This document shows positions 24,993-34,065 of a stretch of 64,000 nt of DNA, one piece after another; position 1 is the first letter of the stretch; every line of letters starts with the position of its first letter. The translations under genes and the position numbers were made by a program. Under the pieces are notes generated by a model. That model was not told the origin of the DNA. It did not search any database and saw only the letters and a list, made by a program, of their open reading frames with translations. This DNA comes from Planctomycetota bacterium (lineage in GTDB: Bacteria > Planctomycetota > UBA11346), in NCBI GenBank assembly GCA_028280785.1, contig JANQLF010000116.1, positions 87,377 to 151,376 on the forward strand, written 5' to 3'.

Positions 24993-27103
24993 TGTGCATG
25001 CTCACTTTGTGTAAGCGTGCGCACATAAAACATTTCGACTGCTAATAGGGCAATGCATAATAAAATGCCAAACGACCACAGTGCTGTTGCTGAATCATCA
25101 CCGCTACCCCAACTGTTATTTATTTCTTCTTCATTATGCATGAGCAACATCTGGGGAATGGCTTCTTCGAGCCACTGTTGATCAATTAAGTCAATTTGTT
25201 GTTCGGAGCTTGGTACGTTAACTGCATACCAAGTGCGCTGATGCTGGTGACGTGCGGCATAGAGACCGGCGCGCCAAATTGTTTCGCTACGTGCTACTTG
25301 ATGTCCTTGCCAGGAGCCACGTTTATGTTCAATGGTGTTACCGTCTTGATCGACAAATGAATCCTGACCACTTTCGTGTTGTAAATGAATAATCGATTCA
25401 CCACAGTGAATGTTGCGTGGTGGTAATAAAAAAGATGCAAGGTATGAGCACAGACCACGAACCCAGGGAACGAAGACACCGTGACTGGGAATATCAGTCC
25501 AGTCGATATGCATGCTCGATGCGCATAAAAGTACGCGACCTTGCCCGCGGTGTCGCTCGACTAAAAACGCTTCTCCAGTATTTAAGGTCATTAATATATT
25601 GAAATTTTCATCATTAATAACATTAGCTACGTCTAATGGCATAAACCTTGAAACTGAACATGAGGAAAATAATTCATCACGATTGTTTGGCAGGGTTGCA
25701 AAAGCAGGATGCTTATGTTGTTTAAACTGCGGATAAACCAAGGTGCCTGAGGGTACTTCGCGCGCATCCATAATATTGCAGGGCAAAAATCCATCACCAT
25801 TACGTGACCATAATGAATTAATAATTGAGGCCTGACTTTGTTCGCCCAGTGCAACAATTATATTACCACCGCCAACGACATAACGCTCAATGGTTGCGAT
25901 GCTTTGGCTATCCAATGCGACGGTATCTGCTAGAACAACGACCGGATAAGCGGCGAGTCGCTCTGCACTAATATCGGTTATATTTGCATGCTCTACTACG
26001 AAAGCGCTTTGCTCCTCGATGCTTGCATTCAGTGCGTAGGTTAAAAAACGTAATTGCTTACCATCATGACTATCAATGAGTAAAACAGGAATACGCTTGG
26101 TGACTTCGATAGATGTATAGCGAATATTGTCACTTGGAATTGAGTCGCGTAAGCCAACTAATTCAGCACTGATATAATGGGAGCCGGCTTCTGAAAATTC
26201 ATATTCGCAATGAATAATTTCTTCAACATCAGCACTGCGATCAATAACTCGTTCATCAATAACACGACCATCGGCACGGATACGTACAATACATTGATGT
26301 TCGGGTACGGCACCTTCATGCTGAATAGCTATGCTGATAAGGCAGCGCTGGCCAACAGCGAGCACTTGCTGTGAACTTTGTAATAGACGAATACTACTGT
26401 TATTAACTTGGTAGCCTTGTTGTGGTGCCAGCATAATAAAGCGTGGCTCATTTTGTTCGCTGCTTAAATTATCTCGGAGTGTTTCAATTTGATTGAGGCT
26501 TGAATCGTCCCAGTCACTTTTTTGTCCGTCAGTAACAACAATTATTTCCTTGTAGGGATTTACATGGGCGCGCATTGCCAATTCAGCACTTTGAAGCATG
26601 ACGGCAACGTCACTGCGCGCATCAGTATGCTCAAGCCTGTCGATGATCGCGTGAGCAGTATTAAAATCATAAATAGTTTGAATATTTTGCTGATCGACAC
26701 TTATTATAGAAACAGCATCACCACTGCGTAGTGTGTTGATATAACTATGAGCAAGTAATTGTAGTTTTGCAAAATGCTGCCTGCTTGAGGCACTGTTATC
26801 GAAAACAATGACGGCTGCTGTGGCACCTTGGCGTTCGAGCAATTGACTAAAGTCTTGTTGGGAACGCCATAATGGTTGGGCTAAGGCAATGACTAAAATG
26901 GCGATCGCGCTACAGCGAATTAGTAATAAAAGTATACCTTGCCAGCGCAGTTGACGACGCAGACGAACGATGACTTGATCAAGAAAGCGCATCCCGGCAA
27001 ACGGTGTCGAGCGTACGCGATAGCGGTGCAATAAATGTATAAGAATTGGCGCGGCAATTGCCAATAATCCAAGCAACATCCATGGATTTAATAATTGCAG
27101 CAT
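24989..27103 (-). CDS. BatA-type N-terminal double-TM domain protein with VWA-like domain
   Basis: The N-terminus MLQLLNPWMLLGLLAIAAPILIHLLHR is the aerotolerance/BatA N-terminal signature. It also has VIVFDNSASS and IIVVTDGQKSDW (VWA-like) and a C-terminal TM. Confidence 0.75.
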   Translation of the reverse strand: MLQLLNPWMLLGLLAIAAPILIHLLHRYRVRSTPFAGMRFLDQVIVRLRRQLRWQGILLLLIRCSAIAILVIALAQPLWRSQQDFSQLLERQGATAAVIVFDNSASSRQHFAKLQLLAHSYINTLRSGDAVSIISVDQQNIQTIYDFNTAHAIIDRLEHTDARSDVAVMLQSAELAMRAHVNPYKEIIVVTDGQKSDWDDSSLNQIETLRDNLSSEQNEPRFIMLAPQQGYQVNNSSIRLLQSSQQVLAVGQRCLISIAIQHEGAVPEHQCIVRIRADGRVIDERVIDRSADVEEIIHCEYEFSEAGSHYISAELVGLRDSIPSDNIRYTSIEVTKRIPVLLIDSHDGKQLRFLTYALNASIEEQSAFVVEHANITDISAERLAAYPVVVLADTVALDSQSIATIERYVVGGGNIIVALGEQSQASIINSLWSRNGDGFLPCNIMDAREVPSGTLVYPQFKQHKHPAFATLPNNRDELFSSCSVSRFMPLDVANVINDENFNILMTLNTGEAFLVERHRGQGRVLLCASSMHIDWTDIPSHGVFVPWVRGLCSYLASFLLPPRNIHCGESIIHLQHESGQDSFVDQDGNTIEHKRGSWQGHQVARSETIWRAGLYAARHQHQRTWYAVNVPSSEQQIDLIDQQWLEEAIPQMLLMHNEEEINNSWGSGDDSATALWSFGILLCIALLAVEMFYVRTLTQSEHAQ

Positions 27104-27996
27104 TAACGACGGCCTCGGCTCAATGCATTCAGTAATTCAATAAGGGTATGAACAATATCTTGGTCAGTTAAACAGCTATGGTAAACAATGCCGGATTGAT
27201 GACATAAGCGAGCAAGTTCCTGTTGATGTTCAAGGAACTGTTGTTGGTAATGGTGGCGAATTCGATCTGCATCTGCAATGATGTCAGGCTCGTTTTCAAA
27301 GCCGCTAAAACAATGTGCACCTGAAAAAGTAAATTGTGATTCTTGGGGATCACAAATATGAATAAGTCGCACATCCTGCTTGCGATAACGCATGTGGTGT
27401 AGGGCTTTGGTAATGTGTTCAGTATTATCAATGCAATCACTGAGTAAAATAACTAGACCGCGACGGTGTAGGCGTTCGGCAAGATCTTCTAGTAAGGGTC
27501 CAAGAGCTGTATCGCCGCCAGCACGATTGGACTCAAGTATGCTGAGCATATTTAATAGATGACTCATTGAACTAAGTGGTGGGATGTGCTCACGAATTTT
27601 ATCATCGCAGGTAACTAAGCCGACACTGTCTCCTTGGCCAACCATCAGCAGGCCTAAAGCAGCGGCTAAATTACGAGCAAAATCTAATTTAGTAATCGAG
27701 TGACTGGTGTAGTCCATGCTGCCGGAACAGTCGACAATGAGGGTAGCGCGTAAACGAGTCTCTTCATCAAATAAGCGAACGTCTAATCGATCAGTCCGTG
27801 CAAATACGGTCCAATCAAGGTGGCGGATATCATCACCTAATTGATAGGGGCGATGACCAGCAAACTCAACGGAAAGGCCGCGGCGCATGCCGCGATGTTG
27901 GCCTGATAAAATACTTTCAACTGCTTGGCGTGCAGTGATGCCGACGCGACCGAGCCGTTCGAGAATATCTTCTTGTACATGGTGCAGTAAGGACAT
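27103..27996 (-). CDS. DUF58 family protein (VWA-like, MoxR-associated)
   Basis: GQHRGMRRGLSVEFAGHRPYQLGDDIRHLDW is the characteristic DUF58 motif. It also has LIVDCSGSM and VILLSD. Confidence 0.85.
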   Translation of the reverse strand: MSLLHHVQEDILERLGRVGITARQAVESILSGQHRGMRRGLSVEFAGHRPYQLGDDIRHLDWTVFARTDRLDVRLFDEETRLRATLIVDCSGSMDYTSHSITKLDFARNLAAALGLLMVGQGDSVGLVTCDDKIREHIPPLSSMSHLLNMLSILESNRAGGDTALGPLLEDLAERLHRRGLVILLSDCIDNTEHITKALHHMRYRKQDVRLIHICDPQESQFTFSGAHCFSGFENEPDIIADADRIRHHYQQQFLEHQQELARLCHQSGIVYHSCLTDQDIVHTLIELLNALSRGRR

Positions 27997-28001
27997 GTTG
28001 A

Positions 28002-29009
28002 TTAGGAATCAAAGTGTTGAATTAATCGCTCTACAATTTTATCAGCATCAAGCCCTTCGGCTTGTGCAGCAAAGGTTAAAACGAGTCGGTGACGAAGTAC
28101 CGGTTTGGCGATCGCATGAATATCTTCGATACCAACATGGAATCGCCCATGCAATAATGCGCGCGCCTTGGCCCCGAGAATTAATTGTTGGCCAGCCCGC
28201 GGTCCAGCGCCCCATTGCAGATTATTGGTAACATTATCGATTGGTGCTACGCCAGGTCGTGTTGCTTGTACTATGTCGACCGCTTGGGCTAAAATTGGTT
28301 CGGCGACAGGAACGCTGCTTACTAATGACTGTAACTCAACAATTTCGTTAGCGTTAAACAACGGTTTTAAAGATTGTTTTTCATTTCCCGTGGTACGGCG
28401 TAAAATTTCAATTTCATCTTCACGATTTGGATAATTAATCGTGATCATAAACATGAAGCGATCGAGTTGTGCCTCAGGTAATTGATAGGTGCCTTCTTGT
28501 TCGATTGGATTTTGGGTAGCTAATACAAAAAATGGATCAGGTAACTCATAACTGCGACCACGTACGGTAACGCGTTGTTCCTGCATTGACTCTAACAAGG
28601 CTGCTTGCGTTTTAGGTGGCGTTCGATTAATTTCGTCCGCCAAGACCATGTTGGCAAATAATGGACCCGGTAAAAATTCGAATTGTCGACGATTGGTTTC
28701 GGGATCTTCTTGAATGATGTCCGTACCAGTGATATCGGTAGGCATGAGGTCTGGGGTAAACTGTACACGACCAAAACTCAAATCGAGCGTTTTGGCTAAG
28801 GTTTGAATCATCGTGGTTTTTGCCAAACCGGGAACGCCTTGCAGTAAGCAATGACCGCGGCAGAGCAGGCTTAAGAGCATCTGCTCAAGTGCGGCATCCT
28901 GACCAACAATGATTTTGTGAACTTCGTCGAGGATCTTTTGCCGGGCTTCACCAAGTCGGACGACTAATTCTGATTCTTTGGGAGATTCGGGGACGGTGGC
29001 TTCACTCAC
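28002..29009 (-). CDS. moxR: MoxR-family AAA+ ATPase
   Basis: It has Walker A (GVPGLAKT), Walker B (LADEINR) and TQNPIEQEGTYQLPEAQLDRF. The track start at 29024 is TTG. GTG 29009 lies 7 nt after a perfect GGAGGA (29022-29017) and is preferred. Confidence 0.9.
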   Translation of the reverse strand: MSEATVPESPKESELVVRLGEARQKILDEVHKIIVGQDAALEQMLLSLLCRGHCLLQGVPGLAKTTMIQTLAKTLDLSFGRVQFTPDLMPTDITGTDIIQEDPETNRRQFEFLPGPLFANMVLADEINRTPPKTQAALLESMQEQRVTVRGRSYELPDPFFVLATQNPIEQEGTYQLPEAQLDRFMFMITINYPNREDEIEILRRTTGNEKQSLKPLFNANEIVELQSLVSSVPVAEPILAQAVDIVQATRPGVAPIDNVTNNLQWGAGPRAGQQLILGAKARALLHGRFHVGIEDIHAIAKPVLRHRLVLTFAAQAEGLDADKIVERLIQHFDS

Positions 29010-29051
29010 GTTTGCTTCCTCCAAATACGCACACCAATACGTGTAAAAAAC

Positions 29052-29711
29052 GTGCGCTTGAATATGACTGTGACTGCTTTTGGCTCAGCGCAAAGGCTTT
29101 GTATCCTCTTGTTAAAAGAGGATTTGAACCAAGATAATAGGCTAGGGGCAAGCTTGGCTGACCAGTTAGATGAATGGATGTGTTTAGCGCGCGATGAGGA
29201 GGACCATGAGGCCTTTGCTTCGGTGGTTGCTGAGACGCATCACCTGGTTCGTTCGACGACTTTGCGCGAATGTGCCGATGCCGAGCTGTCTGATGAGATT
29301 GCGCAAGAGACCTTTGTCAGAGCATGGTCGAAGCGCCATCAATATCGTACTGGAACCAGTCCACGTGCTTGGTTGTTAACCATTGCCCGATCGCAGTTGC
29401 TTGATCATCACCGTCGTAGTAATCGTGAACACCGTCATCTACGTGATCTGATCCGACAAGAATTACTGCGTCGCCAACCACCGGATGATGATGAATGGAC
29501 GCGCGTTCGTTTAGAAGCTTTGGATGTGTGCCTTGCTGAAATTAATGATTCGCAAAAGGAATTGTTAGATCTGGTTCACACTCAGGGTCTCACCACCGAT
29601 GCTGCGGCGGAAATTCTAGATATTAAAGCTCCGGCATGCCGCAAACGTTTATCACGTTTGCAACAGGCATTACGTCAATGTGCTGAAAAACGCTTACAGG
29701 AAATATTATGA
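29052..29711 (+). CDS. ECF-subfamily RNA polymerase sigma-70 factor
   Basis: It has region 2 (EIAQETFVRAWSKRHQYRTGTSPRAWLLTIARSQLLDHHRR) and region 4 (LVHTQGLTTDAAAEILDIKAPACRKRLSR). The track start is GTG, so the true start is uncertain; candidates are ATG 29064, TTG near 29151 and ATG 29178. Confidence 0.8.
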   Translation: MRLNMTVTAFGSAQRLCILLLKEDLNQDNRLGASLADQLDEWMCLARDEEDHEAFASVVAETHHLVRSTTLRECADAELSDEIAQETFVRAWSKRHQYRTGTSPRAWLLTIARSQLLDHHRRSNREHRHLRDLIRQELLRRQPPDDDEWTRVRLEALDVCLAEINDSQKELLDLVHTQGLTTDAAAEILDIKAPACRKRLSRLQQALRQCAEKRLQEIL

Positions 29712-30976
29712 GCGACGCAGCCTTTGATGACAAACGGGTGGAAGAGTTGGCAACTGGTTTCGCGCTTGGCGAATTAAAAGAAGACGAACTCAAAGAATTA
29801 TACGAGTATCTGCGAAACGAGCAGGCCGAAGAAGTTGCGGCGATTACATGGTCTGCTTTAGCGAGCTCACTCGACTTAAAAATGAAATTAAGCCCTCATT
29901 TTGCAGATACGATTCGACATCGTATTGAGCATGATGACGATAAGGCCGACGATGCATTTGCTGGTGGTATTTTACAGCGTTTAGGTGTTCGCCGTAAACA
30001 ATTAGATCCGGTTAATACGGCCGAGCAAAAAAAGCATCCTCTACCAGGTATATTTATTATTATCCCAGCAATTTTATTAGTCGTCATCATTTGGTTACTT
30101 CTTCCAGATAATTCACCGTTTCCTGTGGTGCGCCATGTTTCTGGTGGCAAAGTATTCCAGGAAGGTGATGGACTTGTTGTCGATCAACAAGTTGACCAGC
30201 GTCAAATCGCTATCGGTAAAGGTGGAAAATTAATTTTAGAATGGCCAACTGGTGATCAGGTGAGCGTTCAGGGTCCGGCTACTATATTGGTTCAACACAA
30301 GGGTATGAGTGTTGTCAATGGTATTGTATGGCTGCAAATTAATCCAGATTTTACGCTTGGTTTACCAGATCAACATATGCGCAGTAACGAAGCGAGTCGC
30401 ATTGCTGTTAAAGTTGAAAATAGTGTTAGTGTGGTTGGTGTAGAAAGTGGTAAGTTAGTCTATGGTGATGATGATGGTAAAGATTTCTTAGAAATTAATC
30501 CAGGACAAGCTTTGTGGAATGGACAACGTGATTTTCAATGGCATTACAGCGACGCGACCGGAATAGCGACGAGTCCAGTCAATTTAGGCCTTGATCCAAT
30601 CGCTGCTAATTGGAGCTGTTCCTTTAAAGTCGCCTTAGCGGATGACGATTCGATGCTTATTTGTAAGGGTTTGGATGAACGCGCCGAGGAAATGATTTTA
30701 AATATTCATCCTATGCATATAGAAGCGGAGAAGAACAATAACGAATTATGGCGTTATAATTTACAAGGGGCGCCGCGCAGCCCGCGTCGCGTCACCTTAG
30801 AAGGTAAGCAAGGATCGGCGACCGTTTTGACCATTACCGGATTAGACAAGAAGATTCAATGGCATTTACATGCACCGCTGGATTCTTTAGAGATGAAGGG
30901 TGCTGTAGCGTTGAGCGATTTACGTTATCGAACAGGGCCACCACCAATTCCTGATAATGAATTCGTTAACGAATAA
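29708..30976 (+). CDS. membrane anti-sigma factor with FecR-like extracytoplasmic domain
   Basis: It is ATGA-coupled to the sigma gene. It has an anti-sigma-type N-terminus (LATGFALGELKEDELKELYEYL), one TM (IFIIIPAILLVVIIWLLL), and a beta region (ILEWPTGDQVSVQGPATILV). Confidence 0.6.
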   Translation: MSDAAFDDKRVEELATGFALGELKEDELKELYEYLRNEQAEEVAAITWSALASSLDLKMKLSPHFADTIRHRIEHDDDKADDAFAGGILQRLGVRRKQLDPVNTAEQKKHPLPGIFIIIPAILLVVIIWLLLPDNSPFPVVRHVSGGKVFQEGDGLVVDQQVDQRQIAIGKGGKLILEWPTGDQVSVQGPATILVQHKGMSVVNGIVWLQINPDFTLGLPDQHMRSNEASRIAVKVENSVSVVGVESGKLVYGDDDGKDFLEINPGQALWNGQRDFQWHYSDATGIATSPVNLGLDPIAANWSCSFKVALADDDSMLICKGLDERAEEMILNIHPMHIEAEKNNNELWRYNLQGAPRSPRRVTLEGKQGSATVLTITGLDKKIQWHLHAPLDSLEMKGAVALSDLRYRTGPPPIPDNEFVNE

Positions 30977-31020
30977 TTATCGAAACGAATCGCTTTCGAC
31001 AGCCAATAGAAGGTTGTCAA

Positions 31021-31707
31021 ATGAGTAAGAAAAATATCTATTTAATTGCAACATTATTATTCTGTATTGTTGGAATAATTATCTTAACCTGTTCAACCTT
31101 TACCCGTACTGGTTTCTATAATCAAAATGAATGGACCTATACAGTTAGTCAGGCACCAGAAGAGCGTGCAGAGGTCAAGACACTCAGCTTTTTAGAGCGA
31201 TTGGCCAAAGCTGCTGAGGATCGGTGCCAGCATCAGGTTATTTACGATGGCGCCTACGTTCAATTAGACTACCCAGGTGGTGATGTTGCTGCTAACCGCG
31301 GTGTGTGCACGGACGTGGTGATTCGCAGTTACCGCACGCTCGGTATAGATTTACAAGTACTGGTTCATGAAGATATGCGCAGTGATTTTGGTGCCTACCC
31401 CAATCTGTGGCGCTTAAGCAGTCCCGATAAAAATATTGATCATCGGCGTGTGCCTAATTTGATGCGATTTTTTACCCGTCATGGTTGGGTATTAGATAAA
31501 AGTAAGAGCGCAGACTTATATAAGCCCGGTCACATTGTCGCGTGGCGTTTATCGAATAATCGGCCGCATATTGGTATTGTATCATCAGTTAAAGATGAGC
31601 ACTCTGGTCGATATAAAATAGTGCACAATATTGGTGCTGGTCCACGTCGAGAAGATTGTTTATTTAGCTACGAAATTGTCGGCCATTATACATTTGATGG
31701 CCAGTGA
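31021..31707 (+). CDS. DUF1287-family protein
   Basis: It has an N-terminal TM/signal anchor. YDGAYVQLDYPGGDVAANRGVCTDVVIRSYRTLGIDLQVLVHEDM and NIDHRRVPNLMRFF match my memory of the DUF1287 consensus. Confidence 0.7.
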   Translation: MSKKNIYLIATLLFCIVGIIILTCSTFTRTGFYNQNEWTYTVSQAPEERAEVKTLSFLERLAKAAEDRCQHQVIYDGAYVQLDYPGGDVAANRGVCTDVVIRSYRTLGIDLQVLVHEDMRSDFGAYPNLWRLSSPDKNIDHRRVPNLMRFFTRHGWVLDKSKSADLYKPGHIVAWRLSNNRPHIGIVSSVKDEHSGRYKIVHNIGAGPRREDCLFSYEIVGHYTFDGQ

Positions 31708-31709
31708 TT

Positions 31710-32441
31710 TTAACTTCGTATTTTGTGAAATAGGAATCTTGGTAATCCGCGGATAAACATCATTGCCGAGCGCCAATACCATGGCGTATAGATGCAGTAT
31801 TTTTTCTTACGCACAGCACGCCAAATGTCATCGGCAACACGTTTGGGTGAGACTAAAATATTGTTTTTGTATAAACCCCAGGTCATAGCTGTGTCAACAA
31901 AACCAGGTTTTACGAGTAGGGCATGAACGCCACTGCCAGCGAGACGGTGTTGGAGTCCGCGTACATAGGCATTAATGGCTGCTTTAGTTGCATTATAGAT
32001 TGCAAGTGTTTGGCGTCCTCGATCACCAACCACCGATGAAAGGAAACATAAAAATCCTGTACCCCGTTCTCGCATGTGCTGAACAAAGCGATTCGCTAAT
32101 AAAACCGAGGCGCTGAAGTTAATATCTAACATGCTATAACAAAGTTGGTCGTCACGTTCAGCTTGTGCTTGGTCGATCATCACGCCTTGGCAGAAAAATA
32201 TGCCATCAACGTGCCCTAAGGTTTTAATGCACTGGTCGAGAAAATGTTGATGCATGTCGCGATCAGCAATATCGAATTGGATAATCGAAGTGGTGCCTCC
32301 GGTACGTAAACCAATATCAGCAGCATTGTCTTCTAAATCGTCTATATCGCGACCAGCTAAAATTACATGATCTTCATTACCTATTTCTAAGGCGAGGGCT
32401 CGTGCGATAGATGATGAGGCACCGATGATGACGATATTCAT
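31710..32441 (-). CDS. short-chain dehydrogenase, DprE2-like (decaprenylphospho-erythro-pentofuranosid-2-ulose 2-reductase homolog)
   Basis: The true start is ATG 32441 (MNIVIIGASSSIARALA), which is ATGA-coupled to the upstream gene. The track N-terminal extension overlaps that gene. It has a YxxxK site (YNATKAA), and the C-terminal tail LPRFLFHKI resembles Mycobacterium DprE2 IPRSIFRKL. Confidence 0.8.
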   Translation of the reverse strand: MNIVIIGASSSIARALALEIGNEDHVILAGRDIDDLEDNAADIGLRTGGTTSIIQFDIADRDMHQHFLDQCIKTLGHVDGIFFCQGVMIDQAQAERDDQLCYSMLDINFSASVLLANRFVQHMRERGTGFLCFLSSVVGDRGRQTLAIYNATKAAINAYVRGLQHRLAGSGVHALLVKPGFVDTAMTWGLYKNNILVSPKRVADDIWRAVRKKKYCIYTPWYWRSAMMFIRGLPRFLFHKIRS

Positions 32442-33793
32442 TGTGGTATCATCCCTAATCGACGTGCCAAGCTTGATTGAAAAATATTCTGTGGGTCGAT
32501 GCGCTGTTTTAGTTCGAGAAAATCTTCTAACTGCGGATACATGTGACGCAAATCCGACGGACGCATAAATGCATCGGAAACGAGTGATAAACGTCCATCC
32601 CATTCTATGATATTATCATTAAGGTTGTGTAATTGTGTAATGAGTTCGTCATCGCGTGGTAAGTCAAAGGTTAAACTGACTCCTGCACGAGTGAAGGATA
32701 ACAAACCTTGGTTCTCATCATCACGACATAATTTCAGCATAGCCCAGAAGCACGGGATGCTTTTTTGATCGAAGAATTCTTGAATTTTTTGCAATGCTGT
32801 TGCTGCTTGTTTCCATGGAATAACACATTCGTAGCGCAAAAATCCTTTTTTGCCGTAGAGGCGATTCCAATTATGTAAATGTCCAAATGGATAAAAGAAG
32901 CGCTGATATTTAACAATGCGTGCATGTTGAAGGTGGCGCCAATAATACATTTTATTCAGACAGCCAACAGTGAAGCTATTGAGCGTCCAACTTGGCCACA
33001 TATCCGGAATGCTGATATCGCGACGACGCTTGGGTCGCAAAGGACGACGCTGCATTTTACCAGTTAATTGTTCGTAACGTGCATGATCACCTTGAATTAA
33101 TAATGAGCGACCTGCATGTTTAGAACCAGCCATGCCATCCAGCCAAGCCATAGTATAGGCACAATTATGCTGATTTTTTTCGAGCTGTAAAAATAGCTGA
33201 TCAACGTCGGAAATTTTTGTATAATTGGCGTCGATATAGGCAGTCTCAACGGGGAGAAGCCGTATTTGTGCGCGTAAAATAATACCGGTTAAACCGAGAC
33301 CACCGATGGTCGCCCAAAATAAATCTTCTTGTCGTTCACGCGAGCAGGTGACCACACGACCATTGGCCGTTAGTAATTCAATTTTATCGACGAATTGACA
33401 AAAGCTGCCTTCCAGATGTTGATTGCAGCCATAGACGTCACCAGCGATGGCGCCACCAATGCTGATATGCGGGGTGCTTGGGGTGACCGGTAAAAAATAA
33501 CCTTTGGGTAAAGCGAATTGAATGATGTCAGCTAAGCTCACACCCGCTTCGCATTCGAGGACACCAGTTGGACGATCAAAGCTACATAAACGGTTTAAGC
33601 GTTCACAGATTAAAACATCGTGATCGTTATTGAGGCTGGCATCTCCAAAACTACGACCAAGTCCACGAGCAATGATGTTATGTGAATTGGTGCAAACCTT
33701 TTCAGCCTGACTGATGCGTTCTGGACGTAGGCACTCAGCAGATTCTAGCGGATATCGACCCCAACCACTCAATTGACGTGCGGCACGTCGCAT
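32438..33793 (-). CDS. FAD-dependent oxidoreductase, DprE1-like (decaprenylphosphoryl-beta-D-ribose 2'-oxidase homolog)
   Basis: It is collinear with M. tuberculosis DprE1 as I recall it: SGWGRYP, ARGLGRSFGD, IGGAIAGDVYG, LFWATIGGLGLTGIILRA, FYPF...WNRLYGKKGF, LSF...D.P, GRL...MYP, DP..IF.S.LARRLG. Confidence 0.85.
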   Translation of the reverse strand: MRRAARQLSGWGRYPLESAECLRPERISQAEKVCTNSHNIIARGLGRSFGDASLNNDHDVLICERLNRLCSFDRPTGVLECEAGVSLADIIQFALPKGYFLPVTPSTPHISIGGAIAGDVYGCNQHLEGSFCQFVDKIELLTANGRVVTCSRERQEDLFWATIGGLGLTGIILRAQIRLLPVETAYIDANYTKISDVDQLFLQLEKNQHNCAYTMAWLDGMAGSKHAGRSLLIQGDHARYEQLTGKMQRRPLRPKRRRDISIPDMWPSWTLNSFTVGCLNKMYYWRHLQHARIVKYQRFFYPFGHLHNWNRLYGKKGFLRYECVIPWKQAATALQKIQEFFDQKSIPCFWAMLKLCRDDENQGLLSFTRAGVSLTFDLPRDDELITQLHNLNDNIIEWDGRLSLVSDAFMRPSDLRHMYPQLEDFLELKQRIDPQNIFQSSLARRLGMIPQ

Positions 33794-34065
33794 GTCAGCG
33801 ATGCCTCAGCAAGATTTGAATGAAACAAGATGTGGCCATGGGGATCTAAGTCCTAGAGAGCACTACAGTTTCGTTTGGCGGCCAAGTGATGCAAGACTAG
33901 GGCCAGGCATGGGTTGTGAGTGTAAGCAATTGTAGGCAATGTGTTTAGATGCTTGTGCTGGCTTGAAGTCTGGCATGGTCTGGATCAATCTGCCTGTCCT
34001 AGCACACGCATTCATGCGTTAGCTAGATGTTCATCGCAGCAATGATTGTCATTTGAGGAGTATGC

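Noticed and set aside
32442-32603. N-terminal 54-aa extension of the SDR ORF (track start 32603).
   Set aside because: The extension overlaps the C-terminus of the DprE1-like gene. The Rossmann motif begins immediately after the internal ATG 32441, which forms an ATGA junction with the upstream stop.
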